Shown: piece by piece, positions 27,879-36,481 of the stretch | Position numbering within the stretch: position 1 is the stretch's first letter | How the letters are laid out: each line of letters starts with the position of its first letter | DNA from: a virus | Length of the DNA stretch: 64,000 nucleotides | Direction: 5' to 3' (one strand) | Virus record (IMG/VR): IMGVR_UViG_3300012953_000001 | Span: 1-64,000 of that record | Notes under the pieces: generated by a model | Told to the model about the DNA's origin: nothing | The model's input: the letters and a program-made list of their open reading frames with translations, nothing else | Database searches by the model: none | Program-made: the position numbers and the translations under genes

Positions 27879-28520
27879 TTACCCTGCGTAGCTCAAAAGC
27901 TCTGCACCAGAGCCAGCAAATGCATTTCGAAGGATGCTGTCCTTCTTCTTAGAAGCCTGTAGATTCTTGTTAACCTCTACTAACGTCTTAACGTCTACTG
28001 GTTGAATGCCTTCATCCTTGAACTGGAGTGATCTCTTAAGGAAAGACCCTGCTACTAAGGGGTCACTTGCCATAGCAGGATTGAACTTATAAAGCGTTCT
28101 AAAGATCTTTGAAACATCTTTAGGGTCTTCTTTCCGGAGAACGGGATTTTCTTCCATCATGTTGTTGAAGTATTTCTTCTTCTTCAGAGGACCGCCGATA
28201 CTGTCGCCAAGAGCCTCTACGCCTTTAAGCCCGCCAGCAATACCAGCAGCGCCAGCACCAAACATAAGAGCTTTGCGCCCAGGCGTGTCTTTTCCGATCA
28301 ACTTCTGCATCAGAGTTGGTTTCTTCTTCAGGTACTTAGCTGCCAGAACCCCGCCACCAAGAACCGCCCCTTTACTCAGGGCACTTCTAAGTGCTTTCCC
28401 TAATTCTTTTGGGTTAACCGTCTCTTTGGCGGTGTTCTTAGCAGTCTCTTTAGCAAAGTCTTTTGCCTTCTGCCAATCAGCCAACTTCTCAAGAAGTGAA
28501 TCTTTTCTAGTTTGTTCCAT
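27879..28520 (-). CDS. Basic glycine-zipper putative internal head protein
   Basis: LLEKLAD leader; two Gly/Ala helices; C-term NP.L…V.K.F.TL..FNP.MA.DPLVAGSF. Confidence 0.65.
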   Translation of the reverse strand: MEQTRKDSLLEKLADWQKAKDFAKETAKNTAKETVNPKELGKALRSALSKGAVLGGGVLAAKYLKKKPTLMQKLIGKDTPGRKALMFGAGAAGIAGGLKGVEALGDSIGGPLKKKKYFNNMMEENPVLRKEDPKDVSKIFRTLYKFNPAMASDPLVAGSFLKRSLQFKDEGIQPVDVKTLVEVNKNLQASKKKDSILRNAFAGSGAELLSYAG

Positions 28521-28522
28521 GA

Positions 28523-29131
28523 TTAACCCCACGCTCTCCTTTGAAATGGACTCTCCACATTAGGCTCTTTCCATTGCCTAATGACCTCCGGAGAAATATC
28601 TGTATTACTTTTTGGCAGCATTGCCGAAGCCGCAGCCCTAGTCTCAGGACTCTTTGCAAGATAGTAAGCTAGCAATGCGCCGCCACCCATAAGAAGGGGG
28701 TGTTTCTGCGCAAGGCCAACCAACCCTCCTGGTCGATACTGCCTTTTATAGTACACGGGTCGAATGTGTCCTTCGCCCTTGAACTTGTAGGCCTTACCTT
28801 TTTGTACGCCACGCTTAATTTCATCGTACTCAGCGCGGGAGATCTCTTCTAAGCCCTTAGTCCCACTAACTGCTTTTAGCCGCTTGCCATGCATTGGACT
28901 AAGTGGGTTTTGCTCTTTTGCGCCAAAAAGAGCCCCTCCCAAAGAGTTGCTAGCCCATCTCCCTGGGGAAGCTGCCACCCATGAAGCGGGACCATAGACA
29001 GCGTGATTAACGCCTCGCGCAAGTCTAGAGTTCTTCCCCAGCACCAAGTTATCTTTGTGGCCGTGGTAGATATGCTTGTTAAACGCCGCCGCTAATTCAT
29101 CTTTGGCTGCTTGTTTTTCAAGCTCGTTCAT
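28523..29131 (-). CDS. Basic putative internal head protein with MNELEKQAAK leader
   Basis: Leader related to MNALEKYAAK; hydrophobic LLMGGGALLAYYLA. Confidence 0.65.
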   Translation of the reverse strand: MNELEKQAAKDELAAAFNKHIYHGHKDNLVLGKNSRLARGVNHAVYGPASWVAASPGRWASNSLGGALFGAKEQNPLSPMHGKRLKAVSGTKGLEEISRAEYDEIKRGVQKGKAYKFKGEGHIRPVYYKRQYRPGGLVGLAQKHPLLMGGGALLAYYLAKSPETRAAASAMLPKSNTDISPEVIRQWKEPNVESPFQRRAWG

Positions 29132-30207
29132 TACATGGCCCCCGGTCCCGCTGGTCCTACTGGTCCCTGTGCGGGCGCGGGTGCTGGAGTTGCCACTGTT
29201 TCCTGGGGAGCAGACCCAGCGCCCATAGCAGGACTAGGTCCGCTAGAAGGAGAAGGGGAACCGCCAGCGGGTTGGCCTGCCATGGGAGTTGGGTCTGCGG
29301 GAGGTCCTCCAGGGATCGGCATCCCTCCACCAAAGACTTGTGCGGCTGGTCCAGAAGTATCTGGCCCTCGAAGGATAGAAAGAAGCTCTTGCATAGCCAT
29401 CTGTGTTTTAGACACTGCTTGTTGAGCCATGATTAACTTCTGAGAAACGCCTTCTAATTCCTGGGTAAGGCCTGTGATCGGGTTACCCATCAGCATACCC
29501 ATACCCATTTTCTCTAGCTCGCTGCTGTGACCGTACTCAACTAAGTCACCAACATTTTCACTAATAACGTCTAGGAGCCCTTTAGACGGGCTTCCCGACT
29601 CCACAGCGTAACCAATAATCCCGGAGCTATTCCCAGCCCTGGACGCTTCTTTGCACAGGTCTTTGAGTGCTGCCAGCTTAATGTGAAAGATGTCCCCAAG
29701 AGACTCCATATCCGCCGAAGCATTTTTGTTCTCTCTGTGCGCGTCTAAGAAGTTATTTGTCGCATCTTTAATAGATGGATCGGAGTAAGAAGCGAGTTTT
29801 TCGTGTCCCTCGCCTGAGCCGAAAACAGCTTCAATATCAACAGCTTCTTGTCCGGGGATATATCTCATTCGGCTAGGGATAACCTCCCGTTTAGCCGAAG
29901 CAGTTTTTTCTTTAGGCGCGTGGATCGTCTGAGAAATCGCTGTTGCGTCGGCCATAGGGAAGGTAATGTTTTTGGCAAACCCAAGCTTAAACATGGCTGC
30001 AAAGGTATCGTTATTCGCGTACTCAGAAACACGCTTAATCTGCTCAAGGTTGAGACCGGCCTCTTTAGCTAGTTCAGAGATGGAGTCATTCAACGGCATG
30101 TCTTTTTGAATGTAACGCACCGCTGCCTGCTTACCCATGTGTCGAAGCTCCGAGGCAGAGACACCCGAATCCTTTTTATTAAGTAGGTAATTTTCGAATT
30201 CGTTCAT
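29131..30207 (-). CDS. Head core protein with multiple K-x-A-S motifs and Pro/Gly-rich tail
   Basis: EKTAS, EKLAS, KEAS, EKMG; GPGAM-type low-complexity end. Confidence 0.6.
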   Translation of the reverse strand: MNEFENYLLNKKDSGVSASELRHMGKQAAVRYIQKDMPLNDSISELAKEAGLNLEQIKRVSEYANNDTFAAMFKLGFAKNITFPMADATAISQTIHAPKEKTASAKREVIPSRMRYIPGQEAVDIEAVFGSGEGHEKLASYSDPSIKDATNNFLDAHRENKNASADMESLGDIFHIKLAALKDLCKEASRAGNSSGIIGYAVESGSPSKGLLDVISENVGDLVEYGHSSELEKMGMGMLMGNPITGLTQELEGVSQKLIMAQQAVSKTQMAMQELLSILRGPDTSGPAAQVFGGGMPIPGGPPADPTPMAGQPAGGSPSPSSGPSPAMGAGSAPQETVATPAPAPAQGPVGPAGPGAM

Positions 30208-30209
30208 GT

Positions 30210-31865
30210 CTATCTTCTCCTGGCCCTGTTTAGCTTGTCTTCGGAGTCGCCAACAGGTGTGATAATATCAGGTCTTGGGTGCTTTATCATAGATGCTAAA
30301 AAACAATACGTTAAGGAATGAAGGGTATCATCCGTCGTCCCAGGCGTTCTCTGGATCACAGTGGTCCTTCTAGACTCATTATACTCCGAGAAAATAGATA
30401 ACATATCACTAGCAAATGGAAACTCTACGTCTTCCCACCGTGGGAAAACAAACTCATCTTCTCTGTTAATTGCGTTGATAACAGCCATCAAGGCCTCCGT
30501 ACGGTTAACCATAAACCTGTGAAGACTATTATCAAAGTATATCCTCTTAGTATTTACGTACTGATATCTCGCAATCCGCCGTATACCAAACGTCCTGATT
30601 AACTTGTCGTTCCTATCGAACCCACCACCGTAGTCTACACCAACAGTGTCTATCTTAAAACGCTCAATATAACCACTAATAATATTCATTAGTCGTTCAG
30701 GTTCGGCCTCTTCGCCCTCAAATCTTCGGAACAAAAGGATATGAAATTTATCCTGTAGGTAACAGCCGATAGTCATTACCGTATAAGAGTTTTCCGCTGT
30801 GCCCCAGTCGATACCCATATAGGTCTTGGCTCTTCCGATGTACTTCCGGGCATCTTCCATGCTCCTATCTGAGCAAAGTTTCATGAGTGCTTCTCTAGTA
30901 ATAGGCTTACTACCAGAGTCATAAGGGAGCCCAAGGCACTCATTGTAGAACTGTGCTTTGGTGTACCTTTTTCGTTTGTCTGTGATTTCGTGCCAATTGA
31001 CCCAAGGGGTAATGACCTGTGGGATCCTGTACCCCTCAAACGGCTCAGAAATAGGGGGGTCTTTCAACCAATTGGCTGATCGCATAGATGCCCATTGAGC
31101 CCGCTCGTGTGCTGGATGTATCTGGCCCCCACATTTACTACAGATCAGGTAGTCTTTCCCGATGTTGTCTATACCGATGACATTCCACTTGTTACAGCTA
31201 TCGCAAGGGATGACCCACTCGTTCTGCGTAGAGAACTGGTTCCAGTAGTAACTGATCGTATTGTCTTGGCTTTTCGGCGTCCCTGAGTACCTAAGCATCT
31301 TGATGGGGGAGTGGGACAGTGCTTCTTCGATAACAGGGATGACCTCTGTAAGAATATCCTGGATCTCATCCAAGAGAAGCATATCAGCAGAAATACCACG
31401 CACACGGTCAGCATGTAGGAACGCATACCGCATGGTTAGATCTGAGCCAGTCACAAACTTTTTGTACAGAACGTTATTCTTGGTGCTCTCACCCCGAGTA
31501 AAAACCTGTAGATGCGGGGACACTTCTATGGGCGTAGAGATACGGTCGCGAGAGAAGGTTTCGGTCTGCTGCTGCGTCGGACTAACAAATAGCGCCCTAA
31601 AATGCTGTTGAAGCATTGTATGGGTCAGCATACAATTCCCTAGGGTCGTACTCTTCTCTACCTGACGACCACACTGAAGTAGCAACCTTCTAGCAGGAGT
31701 GTCGTATATGGGTAGAAGATACCGTCGTCCTTCGAAGTTGAATTTGTCGAGCCTACCGCCTGTGGCAATATTCACAAAAGAGCTAACAAACTCCGAGGGG
31801 AACATCTTAAGCGATGTATTCTCTCCGTTGCTTTCTTCGTGAACCTTTAACATGAATGATGCCAC
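30210..31865 (-). CDS. terL: Terminase large subunit
   Basis: Walker A CGRQVEKST, Walker B LLLDEIQ, coupling motif SGTPK, Zn ribbon CDSC…CSKC, nuclease YMGIDWG and C-terminal DD.LH; the exact start is uncertain. Confidence 0.9.
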   Translation of the reverse strand: MASFMLKVHEESNGENTSLKMFPSEFVSSFVNIATGGRLDKFNFEGRRYLLPIYDTPARRLLLQCGRQVEKSTTLGNCMLTHTMLQQHFRALFVSPTQQQTETFSRDRISTPIEVSPHLQVFTRGESTKNNVLYKKFVTGSDLTMRYAFLHADRVRGISADMLLLDEIQDILTEVIPVIEEALSHSPIKMLRYSGTPKSQDNTISYYWNQFSTQNEWVIPCDSCNKWNVIGIDNIGKDYLICSKCGGQIHPAHERAQWASMRSANWLKDPPISEPFEGYRIPQVITPWVNWHEITDKRKRYTKAQFYNECLGLPYDSGSKPITREALMKLCSDRSMEDARKYIGRAKTYMGIDWGTAENSYTVMTIGCYLQDKFHILLFRRFEGEEAEPERLMNIISGYIERFKIDTVGVDYGGGFDRNDKLIRTFGIRRIARYQYVNTKRIYFDNSLHRFMVNRTEALMAVINAINREDEFVFPRWEDVEFPFASDMLSIFSEYNESRRTTVIQRTPGTTDDTLHSLTYCFLASMIKHPRPDIITPVGDSEDKLNRARRR

Positions 31866-32091
31866 CTTTAAAAAAGTTATAGCCTCGCTCTCCAGAGCTA
31901 TAGGTAATGACCTATTAGCTTACGAGAAGCATGGGGATACATATACTCTTTCTCTACGGTCTCCCATAATTCCAGAGAAAAAAGTACTGTTAACCGCCTT
32001 CCTAAAAAGCGTCCTAGGCGCTAAGGGGAGAGTTAGGATTAACGCAAAATACGGTAAAATCACAATATGGTATGGCAAGAGACGTGCGTAA
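31852..32091 (+). CDS. Small hypothetical protein, antisense island in the late region
   Basis: 79-aa ORF with plausible alpha/beta composition; no clear RBS. Confidence 0.4.
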   Translation: MNDATFKKVIASLSRAIGNDLLAYEKHGDTYTLSLRSPIIPEKKVLLTAFLKSVLGAKGRVRINAKYGKITIWYGKRRA

Positions 32092-32094
32092 ATC

Positions 32095-32114
32095 TGGCAT
32101 AAGAATTGTGACAG
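32095..32114 (+). promoter_or_regulatory. Putative promoter TGGCATAAGAATTGTGACAG
   Basis: 17/20 identical to 1853-1872; directly upstream of GGAGG and ATG 32125. Confidence 0.6.
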
Positions 32115-32124
32115 GAGGTTACAC

Positions 32125-32361
32125 ATGAGCATTCCAGACTCAACAATTGAGATGAAGGTAACGCCCATACCAAAGAAGCTGTTGGAGTTATTTAATGACA
32201 ACCCAGTAGACCATAAGTTGAACGAGTGGTTAACCGTTCGTTGCTTTATTGGGCTACCTACAAAACCAGAAGCCTTGGCTTTCATCAAGAGACAAGTCAG
32301 CAACAACACTAAGTGCCGAATCCCAGAAAAGGTCCGCAAGGCAGCGGGCATGGAAAAGTAA
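32125..32361 (+). CDS. Small hypothetical protein
   Basis: GGAGG RBS, own promoter motif and terminator. Confidence 0.65.
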   Translation: MSIPDSTIEMKVTPIPKKLLELFNDNPVDHKLNEWLTVRCFIGLPTKPEALAFIKRQVSNNTKCRIPEKVRKAAGMEK

Positions 32362-32384
32362 GAGGTCCTCCTCTTATTTTTCTT
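32359..32384 (+). terminator. Intrinsic terminator
   Basis: TAAGAGG-TCCT-CCTCTTA stem followed by TTTTTCTT. Confidence 0.6.
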
Positions 32385-32402
32385 AGCTATGGGACGCATG
32401 AT

Positions 32403-33710
32403 CTACCTCCCCACCCAAGTCCCTGGTGCTTCCGCCCACGTCCGACGACTCTGGCCCAAAGTGGCCGGGTTCCTCGTCGGAGCAGTTTGAAACCCCCTCG
32501 GAATCGTCGGCCCGAAGGGATTTACCGGGGGGCCCTTTGCTCCACCACGTATTACCCCAGGCACCGTGGCGGTAGTATTACTAGGACCTTTTAGCGCTCC
32601 GACCGCAGCCCTGTTCCTTTGCTGAAGGAGTGTTGATGTCCTTGATTGGGCAAGCATCCTTTCATACTCAGGGGATACAGGTGGCCCAGAGCCCTTTGGT
32701 TGCTGTCCGGTGTATCTTGCTTTGGGAACAGCTTTGCCTACACGAGGTGAGCCAGGGCCAAGTCCTCGCAGAGTGTTAACCACATCTGCTTTGCGTAGAC
32801 CACCCTCGATAGGGATATCCGCAACAGAAGTGTTCGCCCCGGGAACTCTTGCTCGCCAGCCAGCAGCACGCTCTCTTAAGGACCGCTTTAAGGGACTTTT
32901 TTCTCTGAGAGCTTTAGCAAGCTGCTCTTTCTTAACGGTTCTAGAGCTATCCGGCCCAGCCTTAGTAACCCTCTTGCCTGTACTTCCCTTGGGGGAGACA
33001 TAGAAATCAACAATCTTAGGTTTGCCTGAAGGGGTGACCATTATGTTTGTGGGATTGGATCTATCCAGCGCGGCTCCAGTTCTAGACGCTCTGCCAGACA
33101 TCGCGTCCTTGATAGACTTTCCGCGACGACCCATCATGTAGCTATCGCCCGCCATCCCTTGCGATTTCCATAGCTGTTTTAGATGCTTCTTTGTGGCCCT
33201 AGGTAAGCCCCCTGAGCGGACGACTGTATCGTACATGTCTCGCCCAGGCACATACTCCGAGTGGTAGTACCTTCCACCAGTAGGCGTCTTATGGAGCTTA
33301 TTGCTCACCACCTTAGCGAAGTCCTGGTTTCCTCTAGACATCATATGCCCACCAGATTTCGCAGGTGTTGCTCTGAGCCTTCGAAGAACATTAAACTTTT
33401 CAGCCGCTTGCTGCTTGCTGAATATTGCCCCAGAGGGGTCCATCATTTTTCGAACTAGGACTCTGCTAGGCGCATCTTTAGCACCAATAACCAAGTGTGC
33501 TGGACCCTCGCTACCAGAACCAAGGAACCTTAGCTGGGAGCCTTGCTTAGAGGTCTTCAGTGCGCCTTTAGAGACTAATCGTGCTGCTAAAGACTCAGCC
33601 TTAGCGATGTTCCCAGCATTAACCAACGCCCGAATAGCTTTGAGCGCGGCTGTAGCTGCGACCTTTTCAAGCTCGGAACGGTAGTTGTCTATTAACATCG
33701 CTTGGCTCAT
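32403..33710 (-). CDS. Protein-kinase-fold protein with LEKVAA leader and basic tail
   Basis: FLGSGSEG (Gly loop), VLVRK, SEYVPG (hinge), ALDRSNPTNIMVTPSGKPKIVDF (catalytic loop and DF). Confidence 0.6.
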   Translation of the reverse strand: MSQAMLIDNYRSELEKVAATAALKAIRALVNAGNIAKAESLAARLVSKGALKTSKQGSQLRFLGSGSEGPAHLVIGAKDAPSRVLVRKMMDPSGAIFSKQQAAEKFNVLRRLRATPAKSGGHMMSRGNQDFAKVVSNKLHKTPTGGRYYHSEYVPGRDMYDTVVRSGGLPRATKKHLKQLWKSQGMAGDSYMMGRRGKSIKDAMSGRASRTGAALDRSNPTNIMVTPSGKPKIVDFYVSPKGSTGKRVTKAGPDSSRTVKKEQLAKALREKSPLKRSLRERAAGWRARVPGANTSVADIPIEGGLRKADVVNTLRGLGPGSPRVGKAVPKARYTGQQPKGSGPPVSPEYERMLAQSRTSTLLQQRNRAAVGALKGPSNTTATVPGVIRGGAKGPPVNPFGPTIPRGFQTAPTRNPATLGQSRRTWAEAPGTWVGR

Positions 33711-33971
33711 CTACCCCTCCGTTGGCTCGAAGTCATCGCATAAAAAATCCGCCCTAACCGGAGAATCCCCGTGCTTAGAGCACATACCATCACCCTTCCA
33801 ACTCCGCCCAGGCCTGTACCCAAAGCTTTGGCAACCGTCACACGCCGCATCACTTCTGTCCGACACTCGGAGATTGGGCGGGCGCGACTGCGCTAACTTC
33901 TGGAGTTGTTTTTCTAGAGAAGAATCTAGAAAAGAGTCCAGGGGATTTTTTGGGTCTTTTGGCGTATACAT
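33711..33971 (-). CDS. Small Cys4 protein overlapping the SNF2 3' end
   Basis: LEKQLQKLAQ motif, then CDGC…C…CDDF; about 120 nt overlap with the upstream gene in another frame. Confidence 0.5.
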   Translation of the reverse strand: MYTPKDPKNPLDSFLDSSLEKQLQKLAQSRPPNLRVSDRSDAACDGCQSFGYRPGRSWKGDGMCSKHGDSPVRADFLCDDFEPTEG

Positions 33972-35631
33972 AGCGAGTCTCACCCTTATCATCTACGTAC
34001 TTGTAGAGATGCTTCTTTGTTTTGTAAGCGCCGTAAAACTGTTCCTGCTGCTTGAACTTTCTACTGGCAACGTTGTCCATCCACTGGTCGGTAGTCTGTG
34101 GTGTTTTCTTACCGATTAACTTACCGAAAAATCCCGGACGCTTACTCATTGGTACGGTGCTTTGGTAACGTCTGACCTTCACAACGCGGTTCTCTAAGGA
34201 ACGATGTTCTTGCCCACCGAGTCTTCTAGCTCTTCCTTCTGCCTGAAGAACTCTTTGTGGGTTGAAGTGCCCATCTAAAGACATGAACGCTGTTGAGTTT
34301 TTTAGGTCTAACCCCTCGGCCCCAGCACCGCTAATAACGATGACTCGCTTCTTCCCAGACTTATACGCCTGTACTCCTTCTTGTCTAGAGACAGCGGTTA
34401 CTTTTCCACCACCTACCTCTGTGCCTTTACCAACAAAAATTGAATGCGGAATGCCACGTTCTTTAAGGCCTGCCGCTAAGACATCAACTCCGCCGCGTAC
34501 CAAGTTCGAATATAGGACAACCTTATTGTCCTTCCTTTCTACTAGGTGGGCTTCCGTATCGTTTAGTAGCTTGTTCACTTTAGGGGTTCTTCGGGCAGAC
34601 TCAGCTAACGACACATCACTTCTCCCCGAAGCCAATGAGTTCGCTAATTGCCGTGCCTGAGACACCTGAGAGAAAAGAAGCTTGGCATCCCTAACTGTTA
34701 TGTTCGGGTCTTTTTTGGTGATGTATTTTTTCACCGGCCCAAGCTTATCTAAGGAAAGTTGGTAGAGGCGATACTGCTCTTTGGACATTGGGACTTCTAC
34801 AGTCTCAGTGTCCTTTCTGGGCATCGTCTTTCCTTTGAGGTCTTTTGTTTGGACGTAGTCAATTTTGGTGCCGGTTCTGTCTGACAGGTCCCCGACATTT
34901 TTCATCCCAACAATTTTCTTTTTGGAGTCGTTAAACCCGCGAGTAAACCCGATTGTTTGGGTGTACCTGCGCTTGAACTGCTTTGGGGACAGGTCTCTAC
35001 GTCCCTCACTTAGTGTTAGTAAGGTAGCTATCTCTGATGGGTTGTTATTGATTAAGGACGCGGTCAGGCCCATGAAGTTTGTGGCCATTGATCGGGCAAT
35101 GGCAAGCGCCTTAAACGTCGTAGCAGACTCATTTCGAGTCTTATGGAATTCATCAGCGATAATAGTATCAGCACCGCTTCTTCTCATAAACCCGACAGGG
35201 TCTCTTCGAAACATTGAATAGCTGATGACTGTGTAGTCTTTATCGGTCTCTTCTCCGGGACGGATATACCCAGACTTTTTAGCTTTCTCTGAAGAAGACC
35301 CTACTGCCTGCCAAGAACTGCTTGTGAACTTTTCGATGCCATTTTTAGCAAAGTTGTCACGCAAGCCAGAGGGCACAATCACGATTGCTTTTTTAGCTTT
35401 ACCTTCGTGCTTGAGTTTCTCAAACCCGTAGATACTTGTGACTGTTTTACCAGTGCCCATCTCGTGGGCTAGGATCATCTTCCCCTTGTTCGCAAACAAG
35501 CGATCAATCGCTGCTGCTTGATGCGCGTAGGGCTTAAACCACTCTTTCATTGAAGGTATACCGGTGCCGTGCGCAGGCTTATCTCCTGCTGCTTCAGCCG
35601 CCTTCTTGATTAAGTAGTCGCCAAGAGTCAT
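33850..35631 (-). CDS. SNF2/SWI2-family helicase-like ATPase
   Basis: PYAHQ, AHEMGTGKT, IVPSGL, IIADEFH, LTASLINN, GAEGLDL, QAEGRARR; leader LIKKAA. Confidence 0.88.
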   Translation of the reverse strand: MTLGDYLIKKAAEAAGDKPAHGTGIPSMKEWFKPYAHQAAAIDRLFANKGKMILAHEMGTGKTVTSIYGFEKLKHEGKAKKAIVIVPSGLRDNFAKNGIEKFTSSSWQAVGSSSEKAKKSGYIRPGEETDKDYTVISYSMFRRDPVGFMRRSGADTIIADEFHKTRNESATTFKALAIARSMATNFMGLTASLINNNPSEIATLLTLSEGRRDLSPKQFKRRYTQTIGFTRGFNDSKKKIVGMKNVGDLSDRTGTKIDYVQTKDLKGKTMPRKDTETVEVPMSKEQYRLYQLSLDKLGPVKKYITKKDPNITVRDAKLLFSQVSQARQLANSLASGRSDVSLAESARRTPKVNKLLNDTEAHLVERKDNKVVLYSNLVRGGVDVLAAGLKERGIPHSIFVGKGTEVGGGKVTAVSRQEGVQAYKSGKKRVIVISGAGAEGLDLKNSTAFMSLDGHFNPQRVLQAEGRARRLGGQEHRSLENRVVKVRRYQSTVPMSKRPGFFGKLIGKKTPQTTDQWMDNVASRKFKQQEQFYGAYKTKKHLYKYVDDKGETRYVYAKRPKKSPGLFSRFFSRKTTPEVSAVAPAQSPSVGQK

Positions 35632-36476
35632 CCCTGCACGCCCCTGTGCTCCGCGTCAGACTGGATTTTTTGAGAAGCCTTGCTGGCCACTCTGGATAAA
35701 GCAGCGCCGCCACCAAAAGCTGCCAGTCCGAGCCCAAAGCTCTTTGCTGAGCTTCTTTTGAAGAGCTTGTTCAAGAGTTTTTTATCAATGCTTTTAGGGG
35801 ATTTTTTCAAAAGCTCTTTAAGCTTCTCAATGCTTATGGGTTTAGCTTCTTTCTTTGCCTGCTTGATAAGCAGTGCATGTGCGAGCTTTTCATACCAAGA
35901 GCTACTCTGAACCTCGGACCAAGCTTCGTTGACCTTCTTCATCTTCTCAGGGTCACCGCCCCGGTCTGGGTGATGCTTGAAGGCTGTTGCCCTAAAATGC
36001 TTCTTTGCCTCTTTTTTGGTCTTAACGTTCTTTGGAATATTAAGTGTTGATAGATTATCCTTAATAGTGCTTCGCCCTGGGCTCGTGTACTGCCTACGAC
36101 CACCACCGCCAGCATTTCGCCATGTCTGTTCCCAGCTTTCGTCAGCAGCCTTTCGAAATCGCTTCGTGAACCTTGCCATGTCTACACCAAGGCCAGCGTA
36201 ACCACCGAGGGACGACCCAACACCAGCGCCAGTCTCTCCCGCGATCCTCCGGTCTAGATCCATACGAGTTCGATACTTCTTTGAAAGAAGCATCTTCATC
36301 TTGTGGACCGCTTTCTTTCCTACTGGGAGCTTACGTAACTTCCTGTCGAAAAGTTTCTTACCAAGATGCTTGCCCCCGAAATGCCCCGCAGTGCTGCCTG
36401 TAATGGTGCCAGCGTAATCTTTGGCTAATTGGCCAAGTTCTTTCGCAGCAGATGCTTTCGCTACTTTTTCATACAT
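35628..36476 (-). CDS. Modular protein: glycine zipper, J-domain (HPD), glycine zipper
   Basis: LSTLNI…KEAKKHFRATAFKHHPDRGGDPEKMKKVNEAW (about 35890-36060); YEKVAK and YEKLAH motifs bound the modules. Confidence 0.75.
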   Translation of the reverse strand: MYEKVAKASAAKELGQLAKDYAGTITGSTAGHFGGKHLGKKLFDRKLRKLPVGKKAVHKMKMLLSKKYRTRMDLDRRIAGETGAGVGSSLGGYAGLGVDMARFTKRFRKAADESWEQTWRNAGGGGRRQYTSPGRSTIKDNLSTLNIPKNVKTKKEAKKHFRATAFKHHPDRGGDPEKMKKVNEAWSEVQSSSWYEKLAHALLIKQAKKEAKPISIEKLKELLKKSPKSIDKKLLNKLFKRSSAKSFGLGLAAFGGGAALSRVASKASQKIQSDAEHRGVQG

Positions 36477-36481
36477 AGTTT

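Noticed and set aside
33930-33960. Programmed -1 frameshift at CCCAAAAAAT joining SNF2 to the Cys4 ORF
   Set aside because: The second ORF is in the +1 frame and the run is not a correctly phased X XXY YYZ heptamer.
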